Positions 9,234 through 18,171 of a DNA stretch of 52,383 bases are shown in pieces. Where the stretch lies: the IMG/VR virus record IMGVR_UViG_3300033145_003438, positions 1-52,383 of that record. The stretch is one strand, 5' to 3'. The stretch is from a virus (taxonomy: Duplodnaviria; Caudoviricetes). Both the position numbers and the translations under genes were made by a program. The notes below the pieces were generated by a model. It saw only the letters and a list, made by a program, of their open reading frames with translations, made no database searches and was not told the origin of the DNA. Numbering within the stretch: position 1 is the stretch's first letter; each line of letters starts with the position of its first letter.

Positions 9234-10140
9234 TGAGGGCGATGATGTACTCGAAAACCGGGAAGAAGATCTGAAGTTCTACACGGATTCTCTTTATATC
9301 GATCAGCTTCGTGGTGGCGTCAACTCCGGTGGCAAGATGACCCGCAAACGGACCAAGCATAAACTGCGGAAGATTGCCCGTAGGCGTCAGTCCGACTGGT
9401 GGGGCAGGGTGTTTGACGAGCTCTTTTTCATGTACGGCAGTGGAGCAAGGGGCGTCAATCCGAAGTTCTTGTTCCCCACAGGTTACACGGGTTTTGCCGG
9501 AAACTCCTTTTCTGCTCCGGATACCGATCATATCCAGTATGGCGGCGGGAAGGTTAAGGCCACCGTCACGACATCGGAAACGATGAACCTGACCGAGATC
9601 GACAAGTTCCGGACCAAGGCCGTGATGATGGATGAAGTTACTGGAACAGCCGGCACGGACGGGGGTACCAAAAACCCGGCTATTCAGCCGATCATGGTTG
9701 ACGGGGAAGAGCACCATGTTTGTGTTATGAGTCCTTATCAGGCCTATAACGTGCGAGTTTCGACCACTGGCGGCCAGTGGCTTGATCTTCAGAAGTCTCT
9801 GGCGGCTGCCATCGGCACCAAGTCCAAGATCTTCAAGGGCGGTATGGGTATGCACAACAACGTGGTTCTTCATGAGCACAAATCGGTGATTCGATTTTCC
9901 GATTACGGTTCCGGTACGAATTTGCCGGCTGCCAGGGCTCTTTTCCTTGGAGAACAGGCCATGGTTTGTGCCTTCGGTTCTCCTGGCACCGGACTCCGGT
10001 TCGGGTGGCATGAGGAAACCAGGGACAATGGTAACCAGTTGATCATCACATCCAGTACCATCGTGGGGGTCGAGAAGGTTACTTTCAACGGCAAGGACTA
10101 CGGTGTCGGCGCGATCGATACCTACGCGACTCAGGCGTAA
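9234..10140 (+). CDS. Major capsid protein exon 2
   Basis: IDQLRGGV..GKMTRKRT..LRKIAR, GGMGMHNNVVLHEH, RALFLGEQA, WHEETRDNGN and DYGVGAID motifs. Confidence 0.92.
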
Positions 10141-10146
10141 TTAAAC

Positions 10147-10168
10147 GGGGGCTGAAAGGCCCCCTTCA
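10147..10168 (+). terminator. Hairpin after MCP
   Basis: GGGGGCT-GAAA-GGCCCCC with a weak U tail. Confidence 0.45.
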
Positions 10169-10221
10169 TAAATACTTTCATAGAATTTCAACGATAACTT
10201 TCAACATAGAGAGGTGAAAAA

Positions 10222-10716
10222 ATGGCAACCTTTACATCTACTCAGGTCACGAACAAAGACCTTAACCCTGCGGCAACTCCTCATTCGTCAAGAGAGGTTA
10301 TGTGTGTTCGCGGAACCGTGGCCTTGACCGACGCCCTGGCCGCAGGAGATTTCGCCAAATTGGTGGTTCTGCCTCCGAAAACCATTGCGGTCGAGTGTAC
10401 GCTTATCAGTACCGACTTGGACACTGGAACTCCGGCCATCATCATCGATGTCGGTGTTTTGAACACGGCAGAAGACGGTCTTGTGGCCGGATCCCTTTTG
10501 ATCGACGGATCCGCTGTCTGTCAGGCCGGTGGTGTGGCCCGAATGGACGATCACGAACACACCCATCTTGCATCAACGTGGTTGGCTGTTTCCACCGGTC
10601 CTGGTGATGATGATGAAAAGATCATTGCAGTCGAAGTTATGACCGTAGCAGCAACCGAGGCAGCGGGAACGATTTATTTTGAGTGTTTCTACCGGTCAAG
10701 CGAGGGTGGAACTTAA
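10222..10716 (+). CDS. Capsid decoration/cement-like protein
   Basis: LAAGD..LVVLP..DLDTG..IDVG beta-sandwich pattern, immediately after MCP. Confidence 0.65.
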   Translation: MATFTSTQVTNKDLNPAATPHSSREVMCVRGTVALTDALAAGDFAKLVVLPPKTIAVECTLISTDLDTGTPAIIIDVGVLNTAEDGLVAGSLLIDGSAVCQAGGVARMDDHEHTHLASTWLAVSTGPGDDDEKIIAVEVMTVAATEAAGTIYFECFYRSSEGGT

Positions 10717-10809
10717 TTAATAACCCATAGGGCAATATGCCCGTTTAATGATTACGGCAGGGCAGGGTCTCGTTCTGCCTTGCCGTGAATAAACCAAGGA
10801 GAGAAGACT

Positions 10810-11883
10810 ATGAAGCGAGTATTTCTCGGAGGAACATGCAACGAATCCACATGGAGGGATGAATTGATTCCCATGCTCAAGATCGATCATTTTAACCCAG
10901 TCGTTCCGGATTGGACGCCGGCGTGCCAGGAGGAGGAGATCCGGCAACGGCTTTCCTGCGATTTCTGTCTCTATGTTATCACGCCTCTTATGGCAGGCGT
11001 CTACTCTATTGCTGAAGTGGTGCAGGATTCGTGTAGAAAGCCAGTCAGTACCATCTTTTGTGTTCTGAATTCTGATAAGAACATCGATGGCAATGCTTTT
11101 TCTTTTGAAGGGTCCGGTCGAAAATCTCTCGAAGCCGTTATGAGAATGGTCCATGACAACGGATCAAAAGTGTTTGAAACCCTTGAAGATGTTGCAGAAG
11201 AACTGAATCAGCATTACGAGGAAGTTCCCCTGAATGAAAACCTGATCGAATGCCTTATCGAACGTGACGGCCCCACAGAGATACGTCTGCAGAAGTTCGT
11301 CTATCGTTTTGAGCAGAATATAAACGGAGACTATGTTTGTGAGGTCCTGAATATGGCACACCGGAAACACCTTCTTTCACTCGATGATTTCCGTATCTAC
11401 CAGGAACACCTTTTCCCCAAACCCGACTTCGACGAGAAAGAAGCGAAGGTTGTCGAGATGGTTAGCCGCTTTAGCGATGATCGTCTTAGGGCGTATGTCA
11501 ACGGCCATATTTCAGAGCTTATGGGGCTTTCTCAAAAGGTTAAGGCCCTCATAGTTGAGAAATGGAACCGGATATGCGGTCCGCAGAAATGCCCCATCGA
11601 TGACACGCCAGATTTCCAGATACCGGCAGAGCCCGAAAAGACCTCCACCACCAAAAACGACGATAAGGACCTTACCGCTGGAAATGACGAGGCCGTTGAA
11701 CCCGTCGATTACGCATCTTTATGGAACAGCATCAAACGTCTTTCCGGAGAAAACTTTAAAAACTGGGTGGAGAATAACGATCCTATCATTATGGATTCAC
11801 CTGATGAATTCGAGGATAAAGCCATGGCCAAATGGAACCGGATCGTTAAAGACGAACCCTGGCCGTATGAGGATGACGAATGA
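10810..11883 (+). CDS. Nucleoside 2-deoxyribosyltransferase-like domain fused to a head-region phage domain and two C-terminal repeats
   Basis: VFLGGTCNESTWR..FNPVVPDW..SIAE (Nuc_deoxyri_tr2-like); LIECLIERDG..YVCEV..AH..LL; two KWNRI repeats. Confidence 0.7.
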   Translation: MKRVFLGGTCNESTWRDELIPMLKIDHFNPVVPDWTPACQEEEIRQRLSCDFCLYVITPLMAGVYSIAEVVQDSCRKPVSTIFCVLNSDKNIDGNAFSFEGSGRKSLEAVMRMVHDNGSKVFETLEDVAEELNQHYEEVPLNENLIECLIERDGPTEIRLQKFVYRFEQNINGDYVCEVLNMAHRKHLLSLDDFRIYQEHLFPKPDFDEKEAKVVEMVSRFSDDRLRAYVNGHISELMGLSQKVKALIVEKWNRICGPQKCPIDDTPDFQIPAEPEKTSTTKNDDKDLTAGNDEAVEPVDYASLWNSIKRLSGENFKNWVENNDPIIMDSPDEFEDKAMAKWNRIVKDEPWPYEDDE

Positions 11884-12521
11884 CACAGGCCGAGCTTATA
11901 GCAAAGATCAAGGCGACCTTGACGGAATTTCCCGCAGTTGACTCCATTTTCCTGGAAGACCTCAACAAGGGGTTACAGAAACTGGCCCGGGAATTCTTCA
12001 TGCCTGACCTGATGGATTCGGACACGGTTACGGTCACTGGTGGAGATACCGGCATCGAGGCTTTGCCGGCAGATTTCAGCCACAGTGTTTACGAGGCCAC
12101 AAGCACAACCAACGACGAAGAACCGGTTTTGATTTACCGGAGCATCAAGTCTCTGCATAAGGATTACACCACAACCGAGGCCAAAGTTGGGCGCATTGAG
12201 GGTGTAGCTGAGGCCGGATCTAATCTTTATGCCCTTCCTGTTCCGGAAGACGATGAGGCTTTATTGATCCGGTTTTATCGTGTTCCGGCAACTCTGGCCG
12301 GCGACAGCGATGAACCCGAGGGGATACCGGATCATCTTCAAGAAGACCTCCTGGTGGGGTGGGTCGTGAGGAACCGGTATCCCCAGGTATCCGAAAAAGG
12401 CCAGTTGAAACTGAAGTTTGTTCTTGAAGACTATGATCGTGCGAGAAATGACCTGAAAGCGATCTGTAAAAATTCACCAAGGCCAAAGTATCATATCCGG
12501 AGAAATCCGGTTTTCTTTTAA
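11880..12521 (+). CDS. Head-tail adaptor-like protein
   Basis: MTQAELI..LNKG..LPADF..LYALPVP..EPEGIPDH pattern; synteny. Confidence 0.65.
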   Translation: MTQAELIAKIKATLTEFPAVDSIFLEDLNKGLQKLAREFFMPDLMDSDTVTVTGGDTGIEALPADFSHSVYEATSTTNDEEPVLIYRSIKSLHKDYTTTEAKVGRIEGVAEAGSNLYALPVPEDDEALLIRFYRVPATLAGDSDEPEGIPDHLQEDLLVGWVVRNRYPQVSEKGQLKLKFVLEDYDRARNDLKAICKNSPRPKYHIRRNPVFF

Positions 12522-12530
12522 GGGGGAATC

Positions 12531-13163
12531 ATGACAACAGCGGTAAATGACATTGTTGATCGGGCAGAAACGATCCTTCAGGACACCACAAACGTCCGGT
12601 GGCCATCAGCGGAACTGGTAGACTGGCTTAATGCTGGTCAAGTCGAGGTAGTGCTTTTAAAGCCCAATTCCCATGTGACGCATGCGGCAGTTGTTTTAGT
12701 AATTTCTGAAACAAAACAGTCTATTCCGTCTGCTGGAATTCAGCTTATTGACGTTGTCAGGAACATGGGAACAGGTGGTTCAACACCAGGGGACGCCATA
12801 CGTCTTATAGACAGAAAACTTTTAGATGAGCAAGTTCCGGATTGGCATTCCGCGACAGGATCTGCAGTGGTCAAGCACTTCATGTTCGATCCAAGAAACC
12901 CGAGAAACTTTTTTGTATACCCTCCGCAGCCTGGGTCAAGTCCTGGATATGTCGATATTGTATATTCGGCCACACCCGCCGCTGCTTCGGCGGGTGGCAA
13001 TATAACCCTGGGCGATGAATACGCAAATGTTCTTTTAGACTACATCCTTTACAGGGCGTACCAGAAAGACGCTGATTATGCTGAAAACAGCCAAAGAGCG
13101 GCGTTGTATTATCAAGCATTTATCGGAGCATTGGGGAAAAAGGAATCTAACGAAGGTAATTAA
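12531..13163 (+). CDS. Head-tail adaptor (DUF6682-like)
   Basis: LQD..VRWP..ELVDWLNAGQ, LIDVVRN, FFVYPP, LLDYILYRAY.KD motifs. Confidence 0.75.
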   Translation: MTTAVNDIVDRAETILQDTTNVRWPSAELVDWLNAGQVEVVLLKPNSHVTHAAVVLVISETKQSIPSAGIQLIDVVRNMGTGGSTPGDAIRLIDRKLLDEQVPDWHSATGSAVVKHFMFDPRNPRNFFVYPPQPGSSPGYVDIVYSATPAAASAGGNITLGDEYANVLLDYILYRAYQKDADYAENSQRAALYYQAFIGALGKKESNEGN

Positions 13164-14986
13164 TGAACGGTATCCGATTCGACATATTCAAGGGCATGAT
13201 CCCCAGGCTACATGACGCCAAACTGCCTGAAGGCTACGCGGCCTTGGCCGAAAATTGCGATATTCGGGAAGGAACGCTTAAATCAATATTGGACACTACG
13301 GGTGTGCAAAGTTGGGCATCTACGTCAGCTTATAAAACGCTTTATAAATACGGCTCTCAATATCTGATTTCAACAAACATTCTTGATATCATTAAACCGT
13401 CCATTATTCCCACTTCTGAAAAGAATCGACGGATTTTTACTGGAAACGGTGAGTACCCGAGTCAGTTTGATGACGATCAATGGACTGAAAGCAGGGGAGA
13501 ACCCGCAACTCAAAGCACAACCGAGGCAAATTCTGAGTACTGTAAATTAGGTGTTCCTGATTTCTCAAAGGATGACCACGGAATCGAGAACCAACTAAAT
13601 GAACAACTCGAAGTTGGGGTTGTAAATGGTTCAGGTGGTGATACGGGGTATTTTTTTGGATTCACAGTTGTCGTTGAGCACGCTGATGGAACCCAGGAAG
13701 AATCCGCTATGATTGGAACAACTAATTCTGTACTTGAACCCGCCACAGGTTCCTACGTCTATTGGAGTACGTTTGTTGATGGTGATTGGGCTTGGCCCAC
13801 ATTCGCATCAGAGGGGTACGAAATAAAGTATCTGAGATTCTATCGGCTTGAGGAAAGTTCTGCGGGTGCTGTGTGGAGACTGACCAAGGTTTATACCATG
13901 CCTGACAGTGATGATCCTTATATCAATGCAGACGCTGATCGCGCAGGGCCAATGTGGGATGTACCCATAGCCAGCGTGAATACCTCAACAGCCCGTGTCC
14001 TTGATTGGAATGGTGAGGACACAACTGATCCCGAGTGTGGCTTGAGCGATATCCTTGGTGAAGCTATCGCAACAGATGACTTTGATGTGCCTCCGGCAGA
14101 TATGGAAGGCATCATGCATTATAAAAACGGCATGGTGGTAGGGTTTGCTGGCTCCGAGCTTTGCCCATCCGAACCGAATATCAATTATGCATTTCCGGAT
14201 AAATACCGCCAACCCGTATCTGGAGATATTGTTTCTATGGGCGTTCATGCCGGATCTCTGATTATTACGACCGGTTCACAGGTCTGGATTGGGGATGGTG
14301 TGGATCCTAGCTCAATAATTCTCGACAAACTCCCTCATGAGCAAGGTAATGTGGCTAAAGAGGGTACGGTCAACACTAAATACGGTGTACTATTCCCCTC
14401 TCCGGACGGGCTTTTTCTGGTCAATGCGGCTGAAGGCAAACTTCTTACGGAACATCTATACCAAAAGGAACAGTGGGAAGACCTGGGCCCAGAAGACTTA
14501 ATTGCTGAATACTTTGACGGCAAATATTTTGCCTTTTTCCGAGGATCCACGGACGGCATTATTTTGGATTTCGAGGAAGACATTTCTCATGTAATGCCCA
14601 TCGCTCACGATAAGAACGTCCTGGCCATGCACGTTGATCATGAGAATGACGTTCTCTATCTCTTAACTCAATCAGGAGCAACATCATACATTGAAACCTG
14701 GGCGACCGGTAGTGGCAAACTTACGAAGGTCTACACCACCAGAACCGCCGAAGTTCCGGTTTCGATGAACTTTCCTTGGATTCGTATCATGGGCAATCAA
14801 TCAGTTGGTTCCGCGATTACCTATTATGTGTATGGGGATGGATCCCAAGTCGCAACTGGTAGTTGTACAAGTACAAGTCCGATACGTTTGCCAGGAGGGT
14901 TCAGGGCAAAACAATGGGCGGTTAAGGTAACGGGTGATCCGGATATTGAATTCATCGAACTATTGACGTCATTGAAGAGGCCTTAA
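13163..14986 (+). CDS. Tail nozzle / tail tubular protein B-like
   Basis: FKGMIPRL..LP..A.NC start, PSEP..YAFP, FPSPDGL, IRLPGG end; podovirus synteny. Confidence 0.75.
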   Translation: MNGIRFDIFKGMIPRLHDAKLPEGYAALAENCDIREGTLKSILDTTGVQSWASTSAYKTLYKYGSQYLISTNILDIIKPSIIPTSEKNRRIFTGNGEYPSQFDDDQWTESRGEPATQSTTEANSEYCKLGVPDFSKDDHGIENQLNEQLEVGVVNGSGGDTGYFFGFTVVVEHADGTQEESAMIGTTNSVLEPATGSYVYWSTFVDGDWAWPTFASEGYEIKYLRFYRLEESSAGAVWRLTKVYTMPDSDDPYINADADRAGPMWDVPIASVNTSTARVLDWNGEDTTDPECGLSDILGEAIATDDFDVPPADMEGIMHYKNGMVVGFAGSELCPSEPNINYAFPDKYRQPVSGDIVSMGVHAGSLIITTGSQVWIGDGVDPSSIILDKLPHEQGNVAKEGTVNTKYGVLFPSPDGLFLVNAAEGKLLTEHLYQKEQWEDLGPEDLIAEYFDGKYFAFFRGSTDGIILDFEEDISHVMPIAHDKNVLAMHVDHENDVLYLLTQSGATSYIETWATGSGKLTKVYTTRTAEVPVSMNFPWIRIMGNQSVGSAITYYVYGDGSQVATGSCTSTSPIRLPGGFRAKQWAVKVTGDPDIEFIELLTSLKRP

Positions 14987-14987
14987 G

Positions 14988-16052
14988 ATGGGTCGTATTC
15001 CCAAACCAGCCATTCCAAGTGTTCCTGGTGGACTTGATCCTACCATGTTCAAGCTCCTTCAGGCCATTAAAGAAACCCTTGAAATTGGTGACGGCGTTCG
15101 AAAAGACGCCCAGGATATCAGCAGGTGGGTAACTGTTACCGATCTGATTGATGGTAATTTCATTGACAGTCTTAGCTTGCTTGGTGGTTCTACATTTATT
15201 GATAAAACCATACAAGAAATCGACTCTGCCCTCGATACAGACGAACATCTTTATTTTGGAGATGACCAAGAGGGGCATATCGTTTTTGATGGAAATGAAC
15301 TGCTGTTCGAAACAATCAACACTGGAGGATCTCCATACTATGGAATTCGGTGGGTAGCTGGTGGAGACAATTCTGATTTAGTGTTTAATAATCTCGGTGT
15401 GTTGAGCATACCAGACGATGCTACTTATAGTAAAAACATGTTCAGGTGTGGGATCCATAACGGTCACTCTGCACGCATGTTTGTTTTACCAGACAATTCA
15501 GCAAATTTCGCAGCCGTAGGAACTACAGTTGATCATGGAGACTTGTGTTTACGAACTGGGAATGGAGCAGTTTCTCCTTACTACGGTATAGTGGGGTTAA
15601 GAATTGCCTGGGTCTCAGGGGCTCAGCCTGGAAAGACAACTATCTATGGTAATGCAGAAATTCAAAATACAACAACAATCAAAGGCTGGCTTGCCAATGA
15701 CGTAAAGGATACTCTTTGCTTATATAACGGACACACCGGCGTGGGTGCTGGAACCGCAATGACATTCACCGGGAACGGCTATAGCGCCCAGATCAATGCA
15801 CGTATCGCAGGTGTAAAAACTGCGTCTGATGATACAGGTGATATATACTTTGATGTTTATGACGGTGTTGCTACGGCATTTATTGAGGCACTACGACTCA
15901 AAGGCTCTACTGGAGCAATGGAACTAAATGCTTTGGCAACAGAAAATCTTGACATTGTTGATGCCGGGTCTACAGGTGCAACCGAACAGGATTGGATCGA
16001 AGTGGCCGTTGGCGGTAACCAAGGATACATAAGGGTATTCGCAGCTAAATAG
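14988..16052 (+). CDS. Tail fibre/spike-like protein
   Basis: N-terminal helical anchor followed by a Gly/beta-rich body; follows the nozzle. Confidence 0.55.
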   Translation: MGRIPKPAIPSVPGGLDPTMFKLLQAIKETLEIGDGVRKDAQDISRWVTVTDLIDGNFIDSLSLLGGSTFIDKTIQEIDSALDTDEHLYFGDDQEGHIVFDGNELLFETINTGGSPYYGIRWVAGGDNSDLVFNNLGVLSIPDDATYSKNMFRCGIHNGHSARMFVLPDNSANFAAVGTTVDHGDLCLRTGNGAVSPYYGIVGLRIAWVSGAQPGKTTIYGNAEIQNTTTIKGWLANDVKDTLCLYNGHTGVGAGTAMTFTGNGYSAQINARIAGVKTASDDTGDIYFDVYDGVATAFIEALRLKGSTGAMELNALATENLDIVDAGSTGATEQDWIEVAVGGNQGYIRVFAAK

Positions 16053-16060
16053 GAGAATTT

Positions 16061-16234
16061 ATGCCGAAAACTAAAAAGGAAACAACCCAAAAAGGAATGC
16101 CGTTTAACGAAATTTTGGAGTTTGTTGGAGCCCAATCGTTAGAACTCGAATACACAAGGAGGCAGAACCATAAACTGAGAGCACTCCTGGTGGACATAAG
16201 AAAAACTCTTATCAAGAAACAGGCACCGAAATGA
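16061..16234 (+). CDS. Small coiled-coil protein (57 aa), not in the ORF track
   Basis: AGGAG RBS; MPKTKKETTQKGMPFNEILEFVG..; ATGA overlap with the next gene. Confidence 0.6.
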   Translation: MPKTKKETTQKGMPFNEILEFVGAQSLELEYTRRQNHKLRALLVDIRKTLIKKQAPK

Positions 16235-16731
16235 CCGTTGTTAAACTAAAACCCTATATCGATGCTTCCATGTCAGATGATGAGCTTTACGAGCTCGTCC
16301 TCAGGGCCAAGCAGGAGGGCACGCTCAAAACGATATATTATGGAAAGAAAACCATCAACATCACCAATATGATCCACCGGATTAAATACGATTCGTCCTG
16401 TATTTTCATGGCCGGTTATGTGGATGGGAAGGTCGCAGGGTTCGGGCTTCTGGATCAAATCAGATACAACACGGCCCATGCTCATATGTGCTTATTCAAG
16501 GAGTTCTGGGGAAAATCGGTCGAGATCATGACCGAGGCCACAGAACAGCTTTTGACCAATCGATTTTCAACTTTGATTTTTATATTCCCCAAAAAACTGG
16601 GGCTTGTGAACAACTTAATGAAGCAGATCGACGGGGTGAAGTATCAATGTCGAATCCCTAAGTATGTGTGCAACGAACTTACGGGGGCTTATGAAGACGC
16701 CCTGATGTATACGATCTCAACGGAGGATTAA
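16231..16731 (+). CDS. GNAT-fold protein (P22 gp14/T7 gp13-like position)
   Basis: DGKVAGFG..AHAHMCLFKEFWGK pattern preceding the ejection genes. Confidence 0.6.
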   Translation: MTVVKLKPYIDASMSDDELYELVLRAKQEGTLKTIYYGKKTINITNMIHRIKYDSSCIFMAGYVDGKVAGFGLLDQIRYNTAHAHMCLFKEFWGKSVEIMTEATEQLLTNRFSTLIFIFPKKLGLVNNLMKQIDGVKYQCRIPKYVCNELTGAYEDALMYTISTED

Positions 16732-16734
16732 GCC

Positions 16735-17553
16735 ATGAATATGGGCGGAGGTAGTGGTGGAGGGGTAGACGAAGACTATAACGCTCGAATGGCGTCCATC
16801 TTCGAAGAACAGCAGGGATGGGCCAGGGGGCTTATGAACTTCTGGGAGCACGGTGTCAATTATGATCCCAATGAAAAGGTCATGGTGGACGCGCAGGGAA
16901 ATATTATCGTTCCGGAAGCAGAAACTCCTGCTTCAAATACTTCCGGCCAAGATAATCAAACCAGCCCAGGATATAATCCAAATCGTGGTGATTCCGGTAT
17001 TGATTCTGGTGATGATGGTGCCCCCTCTGGTGACGGAGCTCCCAGTGCTGATGCCGGTGGCACTGCCGATGCTGATGGTGATGGTATAGGGATAAGATCT
17101 GTCGGTAATGGAGTTACTCTAAATCCGACAGTAAACAAATCGAGAAACGGCAATGTTTCTATAATGGGCGATACGCCCGAGGGTGGAGCATTGACTCCGG
17201 CAGATCAAAACGGCCCCCGCGAAATGACCCTGGGAGAATTCCACGGGTACAATCCTGATGATTATGTCTCTGAAATGGATCTCATGCAGGAGTACAATCG
17301 TCATGCCATGGATGCTTCGGATTACGCCAAGAATACCAAGCAAATACGAACCGATGTTATGGCAGACAACCAGATCGCCACGGACGCGACCAGAAGGTCT
17401 CTGGCAAGAATGGGCATCAGCCCGACATCCGGGCGCGGTGCGGAAATGCTCCGAACAGACCAGTCGGATTTGGCGAAACAACTTATAACCGCGAGATCCA
17501 AGGCCAGAGATAGAAGCCTTTCAATTCTAAGCGGCGGCGGTACGGAGATGTAA
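16735..17553 (+). CDS. Internal virion/ejection protein
   Basis: MGGGSGGG start and RSLARMGISPTSGR motif; synteny. Confidence 0.6.
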   Translation: MNMGGGSGGGVDEDYNARMASIFEEQQGWARGLMNFWEHGVNYDPNEKVMVDAQGNIIVPEAETPASNTSGQDNQTSPGYNPNRGDSGIDSGDDGAPSGDGAPSADAGGTADADGDGIGIRSVGNGVTLNPTVNKSRNGNVSIMGDTPEGGALTPADQNGPREMTLGEFHGYNPDDYVSEMDLMQEYNRHAMDASDYAKNTKQIRTDVMADNQIATDATRRSLARMGISPTSGRGAEMLRTDQSDLAKQLITARSKARDRSLSILSGGGTEM

Positions 17554-17557
17554 TAAA

Positions 17558-17785
17558 ATGGCAAGGTATAGCGCATTAGACAGGGCAATGGATATGTCAA
17601 GCAGGGCGGCGGGAACCGCTCAAGGCATGGACAGGAAACAACGGGAACCGATCAAACCCGAAAAAACAGCCGGTGGCGCGATGAGTGCGGCTGGTGGTGG
17701 AGCTGTGGCCGGGACCGCCGTTTCACCTGGCTATGGCACGGCAGCAGGGGCGGCTATCGGGTTCATGGGGTACTATCTGTCTTAA
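17558..17785 (+). CDS. Small glycine-zipper ejection protein
   Basis: GGAVAGTAVSPGYGTAAGAAIG glycine zipper. Confidence 0.6.
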   Translation: MARYSALDRAMDMSSRAAGTAQGMDRKQREPIKPEKTAGGAMSAAGGGAVAGTAVSPGYGTAAGAAIGFMGYYLS

Positions 17786-18090
17786 TAGACATTAATTGAG
17801 ATGGATGATCCGGTCATGCCTCTGTTGGGGCTGAACCAAGCAAGTTTGTCGTTACTATCGTGAAAGTAAAGAAAGTAGGTTTCAGTTGTTCCATTTTTCG
17901 GGTCAAAAACAGAGTACCATAATGAAGTATAACCGGAATGATACGCGATTTCATCCGGAGTTCCCCACATCTGAACAACTTCGGCTTTTGTGGTTTCATC
18001 GATTTTTAGATCAGTAAACAGCTGTTTTTTAGTCACACTGGCGCAACCGAGCAATGAGAGCAGGACGATGAGACAGAGCAGCTTTTTCAT
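17782..18090 (-). CDS. BamE/SmpA-like lipoprotein moron (candidate superinfection exclusion)
   Basis: Lipobox LLG-C; LKIDETTKAEVVQMWGTP pattern; AAGGAG RBS; opposite strand. Confidence 0.72.
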   Translation of the reverse strand: MKKLLCLIVLLSLLGCASVTKKQLFTDLKIDETTKAEVVQMWGTPDEIAYHSGYTSLWYSVFDPKNGTTETYFLYFHDSNDKLAWFSPNRGMTGSSISINVY

Positions 18091-18171
18091 AGTTTATGCT
18101 CCTTAAAATGTGAGTTTGGAAGATTACCAAAAACATAACAACGATTTTTATAAATTCAATAGGTGGACATA

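Noticed and set aside
9337-10140. 267-aa stand-alone capsid ORF, or capsid pseudogene
   Set aside because: It is exon 2 of the spliced MCP; the frame is restored by intron removal
10752-10787. Hairpin ACGGCAGGGCAGG/TCTGCCTTGCCGT as a terminator
   Set aside because: No U tract; may be a processing stem but unsupported
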